DNA of 52,166 bases from Planctomycetota bacterium (GTDB lineage Bacteria; Planctomycetota; Phycisphaerae; FEN-1346): the NCBI GenBank assembly GCA_026387035.1, contig JAPLMM010000262.1:1-52166 (forward strand). Reading direction: 5' to 3'. The notes under the pieces were generated by a model. It saw only the letters and a list, made by a program, of their open reading frames with translations, was not told the DNA's origin and ran no database searches. Made by a program: the position numbers and the translations under genes. Shown here piece after piece: positions 16,812 to 26,200 of the stretch. The first letter of the stretch is position 1. Each line of letters begins with the position of its first letter.

Positions 16812-17002
16812 TAAAGGTAGCATCACCACGTGGGACCCGGTGAGAAGAGAAGGGCGGTTCCCATCGTTGCCGTACCCTCGGATGTACCCTGAGGACAATC
16901 CGGGGAGGGGGTCGGCCTCTCGGGGCGAATGCTGCGGCGCGCGAGCGCCCGGTTTGGCATCCACTTGACGTATGGGCAGGGGGGACGGGAAAGGAAGCAT
17001 CC

Positions 17003-17302
17003 ATGGCGAAGAAGAACGTTGGGAAAGCGCAGTTGCAGGAGTGGGCGCGCGGGTTCAGTCTTCTTTCGGACCCCACTCGCTTGGGCGTCTTGAAAATGCT
17101 GTCCCAGAGCCCCAAGAATGTCACCGCGCTGTGCAAAGGGCTCGGCCTTAAGCAGCCCACCGTCAGCCATCACCTCGGCCTGCTGCGCATGGGGCGGATC
17201 GTGATCGGCACCCGCAAGGGCAAGTCCGTCATCTATTCGGCGGACAAGGCGGCGCTGAAGATGCTCGGCGTGGCCTGTGGCAAGTTGACGCCCAGGAAGT
17301 AA
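17003..17302 (+). CDS. ArsR/SmtB-family winged-helix transcriptional regulator
   Basis: 99-aa ORF with LSDPTRLGVLKML...NVTALCKGLGLKQPTVSHHLGLLRMGRIV. The SD is AAGGAAG. Confidence 0.85.
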   Translation: MAKKNVGKAQLQEWARGFSLLSDPTRLGVLKMLSQSPKNVTALCKGLGLKQPTVSHHLGLLRMGRIVIGTRKGKSVIYSADKAALKMLGVACGKLTPRK

Positions 17303-17447
17303 GGGGGCGCCATCCGCCGCCCGTGGTTTTGAGGGCGGCAGGTCCCTCTTTGCCTGGCCGGGTTCCGGCGCGCCGGAATTTCCGCGGGCATGTCTCGGCG
17401 CGCGTGAGGTGCCGAGCGCGGAGACTGCGGCGCGCATGCGGCTGATC

Positions 17448-17485
17448 AAGGGAACGGGTAGTTGCCCGTTCCCTTCTTCTTTCTT
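17448..17485 (+). terminator. intrinsic terminator downstream of the arsR-family gene
   Basis: AAGGGAACGGG / CCCGTTCCCTT forms an 11-bp stem with a 6-nt loop. It is followed by the T-rich tract CTTCTTTCTT. Confidence 0.6.
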
Positions 17486-17569
17486 GCACTGGCCGGACTC
17501 CTTGTGCTATGAGAAGGCGCCGCGTGATCCTGCCGCCGGCCGGCGGCCGAGAGCGAGAGGAGGCTTGCG

Positions 17570-17758
17570 ATGAAAGCCCGAGTCGATGCCGAACTCTGTG
17601 TCGGGTGCGGGGCTTGTGTCGATATCTGTCCCGACGTGTTCGACATGCCGGGCGACACGGCCGTTGTCAAGGCCGACCCGGTCCCGGCCGAGCATGAGGA
17701 CGCGGTCTGCGAGGCGGCGGAGGCCTGCCCCACCGAGGCGATTGCCGTCGAAAAATAG
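17570..17758 (+). CDS. small single-cluster ferredoxin
   Basis: 62-aa ORF with CVGCGACVDICP ... C(x)5CP. The SD GGAGG lies 7 nt upstream. Confidence 0.85.
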   Translation: MKARVDAELCVGCGACVDICPDVFDMPGDTAVVKADPVPAEHEDAVCEAAEACPTEAIAVEK

Positions 17759-17821
17759 CGGCCGAGATGCTCACGCCGGCGCGGCGTCCGGACCGGCGAT
17801 TTACGAAGGGAGGCTCGGAGC

Positions 17822-19372
17822 ATGTTCCGGCTTCGTGAGCACGGGACCACCGTGGGGGCCGAAATCCGCGGCGGCCTGGTCACGTTCCTGACGCTCTCTT
17901 ACATCCTCTTCGTCCAACCGGCGGTCCTTTCCGCCGTCGGCATGCCCCGCAACGACGTCTTCGTCGCCACGTGCGTCTGCTCTGCGCTGGCCTGTTTCCT
18001 GATGGGTATCCTGACGAACTATCCGTTCGCGCTGGCCCCTGCCATGGGTCACAACTTCTTCTTCGCCTTCATGGTCTGTAGCGCCCTGGGCTTCGGGTTT
18101 CTCTGGCCGGAGGCGCTCCTGGCGAACCTCATCGCCGGCGCGATTTTTCTTTGCTTGAGTTTCGTCGGCCTGCGCGAGGCGATCATGCAGGCCGTCCCCG
18201 AGAGCCTCAAGTACGCCATCGCCGTCGGCATCGGTCTCTTGATCGCCTTCGTCGGACTTCAATACGGCGACATCGTCCAGAACAGTCCGGCCGTGCTCGT
18301 CCGCCTGGGCGATCTGGCAAACCCCGTTGTCCTCGTCGTGCTCGCGGGGATCGCCGTCACCGCCGTCCTGACGACCCTCCAGTTCCGCGGCGCCATCCTC
18401 GGCGGCATCCTCGCGACGGCGATCCTCGCGGTGGTCCTGGGGCGGGTCGCCTACCATCAGCCCGACGGCCTGGAGTGCATCACCGAGGGGCAGTTCCTCG
18501 AGCGGGCCGGCATCACGCGCGGCGCCGTCGATGCCACCGTGCCGGTGCCTCCCGGCGCGGTCCGTGTCGTCCTCGCCGAGCCGCGCCCGAGCGAGTCGCT
18601 TCTCGGGCGCGTCGTCGCGCTGCCTCATTGGCCTCACGAAACCCTCGGCGCCGTCTTCCGAAAGCCCCTCGACCTTTTCAGGAACCATTCGCTGGCCGAC
18701 GTCCTCCTCGTCATCTTCATCTTTTTCTTCCTGGATATGTTCGACACGGTCGGGACGCTCATCGGCGTTTCGGAGCGCGCGGGGTTCCTGGACGAAAAGG
18801 GCCAACTCCCGCGCGCCCGCTGGGCCCTTTTCTCGGATGCCGCTGGAACGGTCATGGGCGCGATCGTCGGCACGAGCACCATTACGACCTACGTTGAAAG
18901 TGCCGCAGGGGTGAAAGAGGGCGCGCGGACGGGTCTGGCGGCCATTGTCACCGGCGTGCTGCTGCTTCTGGCCCTCGTCTTCGCACCCCTCGTGGAGATG
19001 GTCGGCATGGGCGTGCACTTCATTCACGCCGAGACCGGAGAAACGCTCCGCCAGGTTGTCGCCGGCACGCCGGTCGAGATCAAGTTCTATCCGGTCATCG
19101 CGCCGGTGCTTGTCGTGATCGGCGTCATGATGATGGGCAGCGTCCGAAAGATCCGCTGGGAGGACTACGACGAGGCGATTCCGGCCTTTCTGACGATCGT
19201 CGTGATGCAGTTCAGTTTCTCGATCACGGACGGCATCGCGTGGGGGTTCATCAGTTACGTCCTTCTGAAACTCGTCACGCGCCGGGCGCGCGAGATCCAC
19301 GGCCTCGTGGCGCTCTTCGCGGCGCTCTTCGTCGGCATGTACGTCGCCCGGGCATTCTTGACGGGATCCTGA
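17822..19372 (+). CDS. NCS2-family purine (adenine/guanine/hypoxanthine) permease, AzgA/PurP type
   Basis: 516-aa polytopic protein. Motifs: TTVGAEIRGGLVTFLTLSYILFVQP and FFFLDMFDTVGTLIGV. A hydrophilic insert sits in the middle. Confidence 0.8.
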   Translation: MFRLREHGTTVGAEIRGGLVTFLTLSYILFVQPAVLSAVGMPRNDVFVATCVCSALACFLMGILTNYPFALAPAMGHNFFFAFMVCSALGFGFLWPEALLANLIAGAIFLCLSFVGLREAIMQAVPESLKYAIAVGIGLLIAFVGLQYGDIVQNSPAVLVRLGDLANPVVLVVLAGIAVTAVLTTLQFRGAILGGILATAILAVVLGRVAYHQPDGLECITEGQFLERAGITRGAVDATVPVPPGAVRVVLAEPRPSESLLGRVVALPHWPHETLGAVFRKPLDLFRNHSLADVLLVIFIFFFLDMFDTVGTLIGVSERAGFLDEKGQLPRARWALFSDAAGTVMGAIVGTSTITTYVESAAGVKEGARTGLAAIVTGVLLLLALVFAPLVEMVGMGVHFIHAETGETLRQVVAGTPVEIKFYPVIAPVLVVIGVMMMGSVRKIRWEDYDEAIPAFLTIVVMQFSFSITDGIAWGFISYVLLKLVTRRAREIHGLVALFAALFVGMYVARAFLTGS

Positions 19373-19407
19373 GCGCCCGTGCGGTACAGCCTGGAAGGTC
19401 CACAAGG

Positions 19408-20799
19408 ATGATGCGGATAGTGGTTTTGGTCTGGATCGTCGGCTTGCTGGTCGTCCTGCCGACGGCGGCGACGGCCGCCGAGGACGGCGGCTTCATCATG
19501 GTCGACGCCAAGCGCAAGACCGCCGACGCCAAGTGGACCCCCCAGAAAACCGTCACCCTGGAGCACCTCGCCGGCTTCGTGCCGCCGAAGACGGTCCGCC
19601 TGAACCCGTTCGGCGGCAGGGCCGACAGGAAAGTCCCCGCAGCCGGTTTCTTTCGCGCCCGCCAGGTGGACGGCCGGTGGTGGCTCGTGGATCCCGCAGG
19701 AAGCCTTTTCTACAGCGTCGGCTGCTGCTCGGTGAGTCGGAACGGGATGGACAACGGCAAGGCGGCTCTGTGCGCGCGGTTCGGAACCGACAAACAATGG
19801 GCCCAAGCCACCGCCGCCCTCCTCGCCCAGAATGGGTTCAACACGCTCGGCTGCTGGTCCGATTGGCAGGCGTTCCAGAGCGAGCCCCTGATGTTCCCTT
19901 ATACCACCCAACTGAACTTCATGAGCAGTTACGCCAAAGAGCGCGGAAGGGCGCAACAGGCCACCGGCCACGTCGGCTTCACGAACGACTGCATCCTCGT
20001 CTTCGAGCCCGAGTTCGAGACCTTCTGCAACGAACGGGCCCGCAAGATGATCGCCCCCCTGAAAGACGACCCCTATCTCCTCGGCCACTTCTCGGACAAC
20101 GAATTGCCGTTTCCGTCGGATGCCATCGAGCGATTCCTCAGGCTGGACGCCGCGGACCCGAACCGGCGGGCGGCCCAGGCGTGGCTCGACGCCCGCGCCG
20201 GAGCCAAGGACCCCAACGCCTTTCTCGAATACCTCGTTGAAACCTACTATCGCATCGTCAGCCGCGCCATCCGCCAGGCCGACCCCAACCACCTTTTTCT
20301 CGGCTCGCGGCTGCACGGCAGCGATCTCGGGCGCGAACCGGTGTTCCGCGCGGCCGGCAAATTTGCCGACGTCCTCTCCGTCAATTACTACGGCGCCTGG
20401 ACGCCCGACAACCGACGCATGGCCGACTGGGTCCGCTGGTCCGGCAAACCGTTCCTCATTACCGAGTGGTATGCCAAGGGGATGGACAGCGGATTGCCGA
20501 ACAATTCCGGCGCCGGCTGGACCGTCCGTACTCAGGCGGACCGCGGCCAATTCTACCAGAACTTCACTCTCGGCCTGCTCGCCCAAAGCGGATGCGTCGG
20601 CTGGCACTGGTTCAAGTACATGGACAACGACCCGACCAACACGCACGCCGACCCCTCGAACCGCGATTCCAACAAGGGCATCGTCTCCAGTACCTACGAG
20701 CCCTATCCGGACCTTCTGAAAATGATGCGCGAACTGAATCAGCAGGCCTACCCGCTCATGGACTTCTTCGACGCCCGCGCGCCCGCTCAAGGCAAATGA
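19408..20799 (+). CDS. secreted TIM-barrel glycoside-hydrolase-like protein (clan GH-A style; family uncertain)
   Basis: I placed the start at ATG 19408 (MMRIVVLVWIVGLLVVLPTAATAAE, a signal peptide). Candidate acid/base motif HFSDNELPF and nucleophile motif PFLITEWY sit on alternating beta-alpha style blocks. Confidence 0.5.
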   Translation: MMRIVVLVWIVGLLVVLPTAATAAEDGGFIMVDAKRKTADAKWTPQKTVTLEHLAGFVPPKTVRLNPFGGRADRKVPAAGFFRARQVDGRWWLVDPAGSLFYSVGCCSVSRNGMDNGKAALCARFGTDKQWAQATAALLAQNGFNTLGCWSDWQAFQSEPLMFPYTTQLNFMSSYAKERGRAQQATGHVGFTNDCILVFEPEFETFCNERARKMIAPLKDDPYLLGHFSDNELPFPSDAIERFLRLDAADPNRRAAQAWLDARAGAKDPNAFLEYLVETYYRIVSRAIRQADPNHLFLGSRLHGSDLGREPVFRAAGKFADVLSVNYYGAWTPDNRRMADWVRWSGKPFLITEWYAKGMDSGLPNNSGAGWTVRTQADRGQFYQNFTLGLLAQSGCVGWHWFKYMDNDPTNTHADPSNRDSNKGIVSSTYEPYPDLLKMMRELNQQAYPLMDFFDARAPAQGK

Positions 20800-20830
20800 A
20801 CAAGGGGCCTAAGCGCCCTGCCGGCGGCCC

Positions 20831-21622
20831 TCACCGCCCCAGCACGTCGGCCATGGAGTAGAGGCCCGGTCCCCGGTCGGCCACCCAGCGGGCGGCCCGA
20901 AGCGCGCCCCGCGCGAAGGTGTCGCGCGTGTGGGCGACGTGGTTCAGTTCCAGCCGCTCTCCCAGGCTCGTGTAATAGACGATGTGTTCGCCGACGATGT
21001 CGCCGCCGCGGATGGCGTGGATGCCGATCTCGCCGGCCTGCCGCGGGGGATGGCCGGGGCCCCGGCCGTGGACGGCCGACTCCGCCAGGTCCCGCCCCGT
21101 CGCCCTCGCGATCTCCTCCGCCAGTTTCAGGGCCGTCCCCGACGGCGCATCTTTCTTGAACCGGTGATGGGCCTCGACGATCTCAATGTCGTACTCTGGT
21201 CCGAGCGTCCGCGCCAGGTCCGCTGCCGCGTGAAAAAGGACGTTCACCCCGACGCTCATGTTCGGCGATAGGACCACCGCACACCGCTTCGACGCCGCGG
21301 CAATCCGCTTCCGCTGTTTATCCGAAAACCCCGTCGTCCCGATCACTGCTGCCGTGCCGCGCTCCGCACACGCCGCGATGCGCTCGACCGCGCCTTCGGG
21401 GAGCGAAAAGTCCACCAGGACATCGAGCGCGCGCGGAAGGTCTGCGGCAACGCGGATGCCGCTTTCGCCCGCACCGGCCAGCACGCCCGCGTCGGACCCG
21501 AGGCACGGATGGCCTGGCGCTTCGAGGGCGCCGACGAGTTCCAGGTCGTCCGCCTCCCGGATGAGCCGCACGAGCGCCCGCCCCATCCGCCCCGCGGCGC
21601 CGGAAACCACCACGTGAATCAT
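20831..21622 (-). CDS. dapB: 4-hydroxy-tetrahydrodipicolinate reductase
   Basis: Motifs: MIHVVVSGAAGRMGRAL (NAD(P) site) and the DapB signature EAHHRFKKDAPSGTA. I placed the start at ATG 21622. Confidence 0.9.
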   Translation of the reverse strand: MIHVVVSGAAGRMGRALVRLIREADDLELVGALEAPGHPCLGSDAGVLAGAGESGIRVAADLPRALDVLVDFSLPEGAVERIAACAERGTAAVIGTTGFSDKQRKRIAAASKRCAVVLSPNMSVGVNVLFHAAADLARTLGPEYDIEIVEAHHRFKKDAPSGTALKLAEEIARATGRDLAESAVHGRGPGHPPRQAGEIGIHAIRGGDIVGEHIVYYTSLGERLELNHVAHTRDTFARGALRAARWVADRGPGLYSMADVLGR

Positions 21623-21650
21623 GTCCTGCCTCCCGAGCAAGTGGCCGTCT

Positions 21651-21699
21651 GCGAATCTGAGATCGGGAATTTCAAATCTCAGATCTCAAATTGCAAATC
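21651..21699. repeat. tandem 7-bp periodic array (GCGAATC TGAGATC GGGAATT TCAAATC TCAGATC TCAAATT GCAAATC) containing a 9-bp inverted repeat
   Basis: Read directly from the sequence. ATCTGAGAT ... ATCTCAGAT form a perfect inverted pair. The array fills most of the thrC-dapB spacer. Confidence 0.8.
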
Positions 21700-21704
21700 C
21701 GGGC

Positions 21705-22988
21705 TCAGGCCTGAATGGCCTCGATGATTTTTTTGAGGTCGTCCGGCACGACGATCGGCCGGTTCGCGTGCTTCGCCGCCCGGACGCCGTAGTCGCCGTA
21801 CCTCTCGCGCAGCGCTTCGTCGGCCAGACTGTGATACGCCACCGTGAGGTTCGGGTCCTTCAGAGCGTGGCCCGTCAGGACGCAGGCGACGCGGTCGCCC
21901 GCGCCGATGACGCCGGCCGCCCGGAGTTTCCGTGCGCCGGCGACGCTGGCGGCCGAGGCTGGCTCGCATCCGAATCCGCCCGCGCCCACCTGGGCCTTGG
22001 AGTCTAGGATTTCCTGGTCCGTCACGGTCTCCACGATGCCGTCCGTCCACTCGATCGCCCGCAGGCACTTGGCGAGATTCACCGGCCGATTGATCTCGAT
22101 CGCCGAGGCGAGGGTCTTCGCCCGGCGGTTCTCGGCCTCCATCCGCTCGTAGAAGGCCGCGATGCGAGCCTCGTCCACGCGGCCGTCGTTCCAGCAAACC
22201 TTCTCCTCGTTCACGATACGGTAGAGCGTGTCGGCGCCCGCCGCGTTAATGACCGCTATCCGCGGCGGCCGCTTGATGAGGCCGAGTTCCTGGAGTTCCT
22301 TGAACGCCTTGCCGAAGGCCGACGAGTTCCCGAGGTTTCCACCCGGGACGACGATCCAGTCGGGCGCCTCCCATCCGAGGCCCTCGAGGATGCGATACAT
22401 GATCGTCTTCTGCCCCTCGAGGCGGAACGGGTTCAGGGAATTCATGAGGTAAATCTGAAGTTCCCTTGCGACCTCTTTGACGCGCTGCATGCACACGTCG
22501 AAATCGCCTTCGACCTGGAGCACCCGCACGCCGTAGTCGAGCGCCTGGGCGAGTTTGCCGTAGGCGATCTTCCCGCTCCCGACCAGGACGACGGCCGGGA
22601 TCCGTCCGTCCACGGCGCTATAGAGCGCGACCGACGCGCTCGTGTTGCCGGTCGAGGCGCAGATCGCGCGCTTCGCCCCGACGCGGTGCGCGTGGCTGTA
22701 CGCCGCGGTCATCCCGTTGTCTTTGAAACTGCCGGACGGGTTCAGGCCTTCGTACTGGAGGAAGAGACGGCCGGCCCCGAGGCCCACGTATGGCGCGACG
22801 CGGTCCGCCCGCTGAAGGATCGTCCGCCCTTCGCCGACCGTGATGATGTGCTCGCGCGCGGCAAAGGGAATGAGTTCGTGGAACCGCCAGACGCCCGAGA
22901 ACGCGAGCGGGTCGGCCTGATCGGCCCACTTCGCCTCGAAATCTTTCAGCCGCCGGGGCAGGGCGGCCTTCGACCAGTTGTACCGCAC
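21705..22988 (-). CDS. thrC: threonine synthase (short, archaeal/zinc-ribbon type)
   Basis: Motifs: the PLP Lys block LNPSGSFKDNG, then ASTGNTSAS and NSLNPFRLEGQKT. The coordinates use the first canonical start (GTG 22988). The conserved N-terminal Cys4 ribbon is encoded in frame further upstream (see findings), so the true start is probably 23084-23129. Confidence 0.9.
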   Translation of the reverse strand: MRYNWSKAALPRRLKDFEAKWADQADPLAFSGVWRFHELIPFAAREHIITVGEGRTILQRADRVAPYVGLGAGRLFLQYEGLNPSGSFKDNGMTAAYSHAHRVGAKRAICASTGNTSASVALYSAVDGRIPAVVLVGSGKIAYGKLAQALDYGVRVLQVEGDFDVCMQRVKEVARELQIYLMNSLNPFRLEGQKTIMYRILEGLGWEAPDWIVVPGGNLGNSSAFGKAFKELQELGLIKRPPRIAVINAAGADTLYRIVNEEKVCWNDGRVDEARIAAFYERMEAENRRAKTLASAIEINRPVNLAKCLRAIEWTDGIVETVTDQEILDSKAQVGAGGFGCEPASAASVAGARKLRAAGVIGAGDRVACVLTGHALKDPNLTVAYHSLADEALRERYGDYGVRAAKHANRPIVVPDDLKKIIEAIQA

Positions 22989-23228
22989 GTCCAGCAGGTT
23001 CCCGCACTTCGGGCACTCGAAGAGCGGCTCCTCGACGCCGAACGTCGCCCCGCACGCCGGCTTGATGCACGCCTGATGCGCAATGTCGGTCCGGACTTTG
23101 ATGGTTGTAACCCTTTCCTGAACATGCAGACGCCGCCCGCACGGCGCGACGGCATTCTACCGGCTTGAGGACCCGGCCTCAATCAAAATGGTTCCGGGGG
23201 AAGGATATGGGCGAGCCGGTCCGGCGTC

Positions 23229-26200
23229 CTACCCCCGCCGGCCGCAGCACTTCTTGTACTTCTTCCCGCTGCCGCACGGGCAGGGGTCGTTTCGGCCGAC
23301 CTTCGGCGCCTCGCGCACGATTTGTTTGACGGCCTCGCCTTCCTCGGCCATGCGGCCCTGCTGGTGCGCCTCGAGGGCGGCACGCTGCTGGGCCTCGTAG
23401 GCGCTGGCGGCGACGGCGTGTTCGCTCGATTGGCCCGCCCAAATCCGCGCGAGCGCCTCCTGCCGCACCCACCGCGCACGGAAGATGAGGTCCGTAAACT
23501 TGTCCCGGGTCGAATCGAGCATCTGCTCGAACATTTCCAGCCCTTCGCGTTTGAACACCAGGATCGGCTGCTGTTCCGCGTAGGCGTGAAGCCCCACGCC
23601 GGACCTCAGCATGTCCATCTGATACAGGTGGTCCTTCCACGACGTGTCGTGGGCCTGAAGCAGGAGGTACCGTTCGAGTTCGGTCATTCGGGCGCGGCGA
23701 TCGCTCCGGGCCCGCCTCAGCACGAGGGCGATCATGACCTCCTCGCGCGCGAGAGGCTCGCCGGCCTCGGGCGTCCCGCCGCTGGCCGTCGACGCGTCCA
23801 GCCACGCCTCGACGAACTCGCCCGGCGTCATCTCGAGGCCGAGCCGCTGGTTCGCCCACTGGGCGAGCGCCTGCCAGTGCTCCTCCGCGTCCAGGTCCGG
23901 CGCCGGCAGGTGGCGGCGAACGCCTTCCTCGACGGTGCGGCGAAGGCGCTCGCTCGATTCAAATTCCCGCGCGACCGCGAGCAGATGCTCCCGCACTTTT
24001 CTCGGGTCCCGGTCGCGGATGTCCTCCGCCTTCACCTCCGCCAGGTAATACCGCGACGCCCACCTCGCCAGGCCCTCGAAGTCCTGGTTCCCCTGGCCGA
24101 TCTGCGGCGTCAGGTATTCCTCGATGGCGAACTCGATCGGGTAGGTCCGCTCCTTCGCCTCGTAGAGCGTCCCCAGGCGCTCGAGCAGCGTCTCGACGGC
24201 GGCCCCGGGGTCCTTTCCGGCGAAGTCGGACGCTTTCAGGTTCATGTCGAACTTCTTGTTGCCCCACTCCGCCAAGGCCGCCTCGCGGAAATCGTTCCGC
24301 AGAAATTCCTGGACCCGCAAAAGGTCCGTCGCCTCGAGCCGTTCGTCCGCCGCACGCTCCAGGCGCTCCTCGATTTCCTTCTTGCTCGCGTTCTTGAGGT
24401 CCGATTCCCGCAGTCTCACGTCCAGGTGTGCCTGGGCCCACGCGACGAGCGACGCGTAATCGGGCTTCGGTGGGGGCTCGCCGTCGTCGAACGTTTCCTC
24501 GGCGTCGGGAATGAACTCGCCGAGCGTCTCTTCAATCGTCTCGCGTGCCCACTGGCGCGCTTCGCCCCGCAGGTAGTCCGCCAGTTCCTCCGCGTCCTTG
24601 CCCCGCAGCGCCTCCAGGTCCGCCTGGACGCCCAGGTTCCGCCGGGCCCACTCCGCGATCGTCTCGTAACTATACGTCTCCGACAGGTACTGGTCGCAGG
24701 CCGCCTGGGCGCTCTGGGCCAGGAGGTCCCAGACGAACTCCCGCAGGTCGTCCGACTCGAGGACGTTCTGACGGCGGCCGTAGAAGATCTTCCGTTGGCG
24801 GTCCATCACCTCGTCGTATTCGAGGAGGTGCTTGCGGATGCCGAAGTTCCGCTCCTCGACCTTCTTCTGGGCGTTCTCGATGCCGCGCGTCAGCCAGCGG
24901 TGCTCGAGGGCCATCCCCTCTTCCATCCCGAGTTTTCCGAGCGCCGCCGAAACCCAATCGCGCGCGAAGATGCGCATCAGGTCGTCCTCGAGCGAGAGAA
25001 AGAATCGGCTCGAGCCCGGGTCGCCTTGGCGTCCCGAGCGCCCGCGCAACTGGTTGTCGATTCGCCGCGCCTCGTGCCGCTCCGTCCCGATGACGTGCAG
25101 GCCGCACGGCGGGTTCTCGACGCACTCCGTGCGCCCGCGCTGGGGGAACGAGGAATCCACCGCCGGCTTGAAGCAGTGGGCACAGTTGGTGCGCGGGTCG
25201 TACTCGGGGCATCCGACGCAGCACTTGAACCCGAAGTCCGACGGGATGCTTTGCTTCGCCGTATCCCAAGGCCCGTAGCACGCCGGAAAGACGACGCCGG
25301 GCCCTAGTTTGATGTCGGTCCCGCGTCCCGCCATGTTCGTCGCGATTGTGACGTTGCCCTTGGGTTTCCCGTCGCGGCCGGCGTGCTGTTGGCCGGCGAC
25401 GGCGACGATTTCGGCTTCCTTCTCGTGGTGTTTCGCGTTCAGCACCTCGTGCGGAATGCCGTGCGTCCGCTCGAGCATCCGGCTCAGGAATTCGTTCTTC
25501 TCGATGCTCGTCGTGCCGACGAGCACCGGCAGCCCGCGATCATAGTAATCCTTGATTTCCTCGAGGAGGGCCTGTCCCTTTTCTGCCAGGATGTGGTTCC
25601 CCTTCGCGTCCAAGATGGGGTGCCCCTTGTCGTCCACCTTCCAAAGGCCGGTGCGGAAGACGAGGTCCGGGTGGCCGACGCGCGAGAGGGGGCGGTTCGT
25701 CGGCACCTGCACCACGTCCAGGTCGTAAATCTTGTGGAACTCCTCGGCCTCGGTCATCGCCGTCCCCGTCATGCCGGCGAGTTTGTCGTACATCCGGAAA
25801 AAGTTCTGGAGCGTGATCGTCGCCAGCGTCTGCGTCTCTTCCTTGATGCGGATCCCTTCCTTCGCCTCCACCGCCTGGTGCAGCCCTTCCGACCATTGAC
25901 GCCCGGGCATCAGCCGGCCCGTGAACTCGTCCACGATGATCACGTCCTCCCCGTGCACGACGTATTCCTTGTCGAGCCGATAGAGGTAATGCGCCCGCAG
26001 CGCCTGGTCAATCAGGTGCGGCCAATCCATGTTGCCCGCGACGTAGAAACTCCCGACGCCCGCCAGTTGCTCCGCCCGACGACGTCCCTGTTCCGTCAGG
26101 GGGCACTGGTGCTCCTTCTCCTTGATCTCGAAGTCGCCGCTCTCCGGGCTGTCGGCCGTCCCCAGTTTCCCCGGCCGAAGGTGCCGCGCGATCTCGTCCG

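Noticed and set aside
16985-17002. GGGAAAGGAAGCATCC resembles the GGAAGGAAGCAGCC core of SRP (4.5S) RNA.
   Set aside because: It is the Shine-Dalgarno region of the arsR-family gene. The surrounding sequence lacks the symmetric loop partner and the hairpin architecture of SRP RNA.
16668-17302. A possible integrative element inserted at tRNA-Val, suggested by the AT-richer patch, the strong promoter and the ArsR regulator just downstream of the tRNA.
   Set aside because: No integrase or recombinase is present. I could not see a direct repeat of the tRNA 3' end downstream. The following genes (ferredoxin, purine permease) are ordinary.
17363-17378. A perfect 16-bp palindrome TTCCGGCGCGCCGGAA between the ArsR-family gene and the ferredoxin gene, considered as a possible operator. 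A second palindrome, GCGCCGGCCGGCGC, lies at about 13293.
   Set aside because: GC-only palindromes with 7-8 bp half-sites are expected by chance about once in a window of this size and composition. It lies downstream of arsR rather than at its promoter. No second copy was seen.
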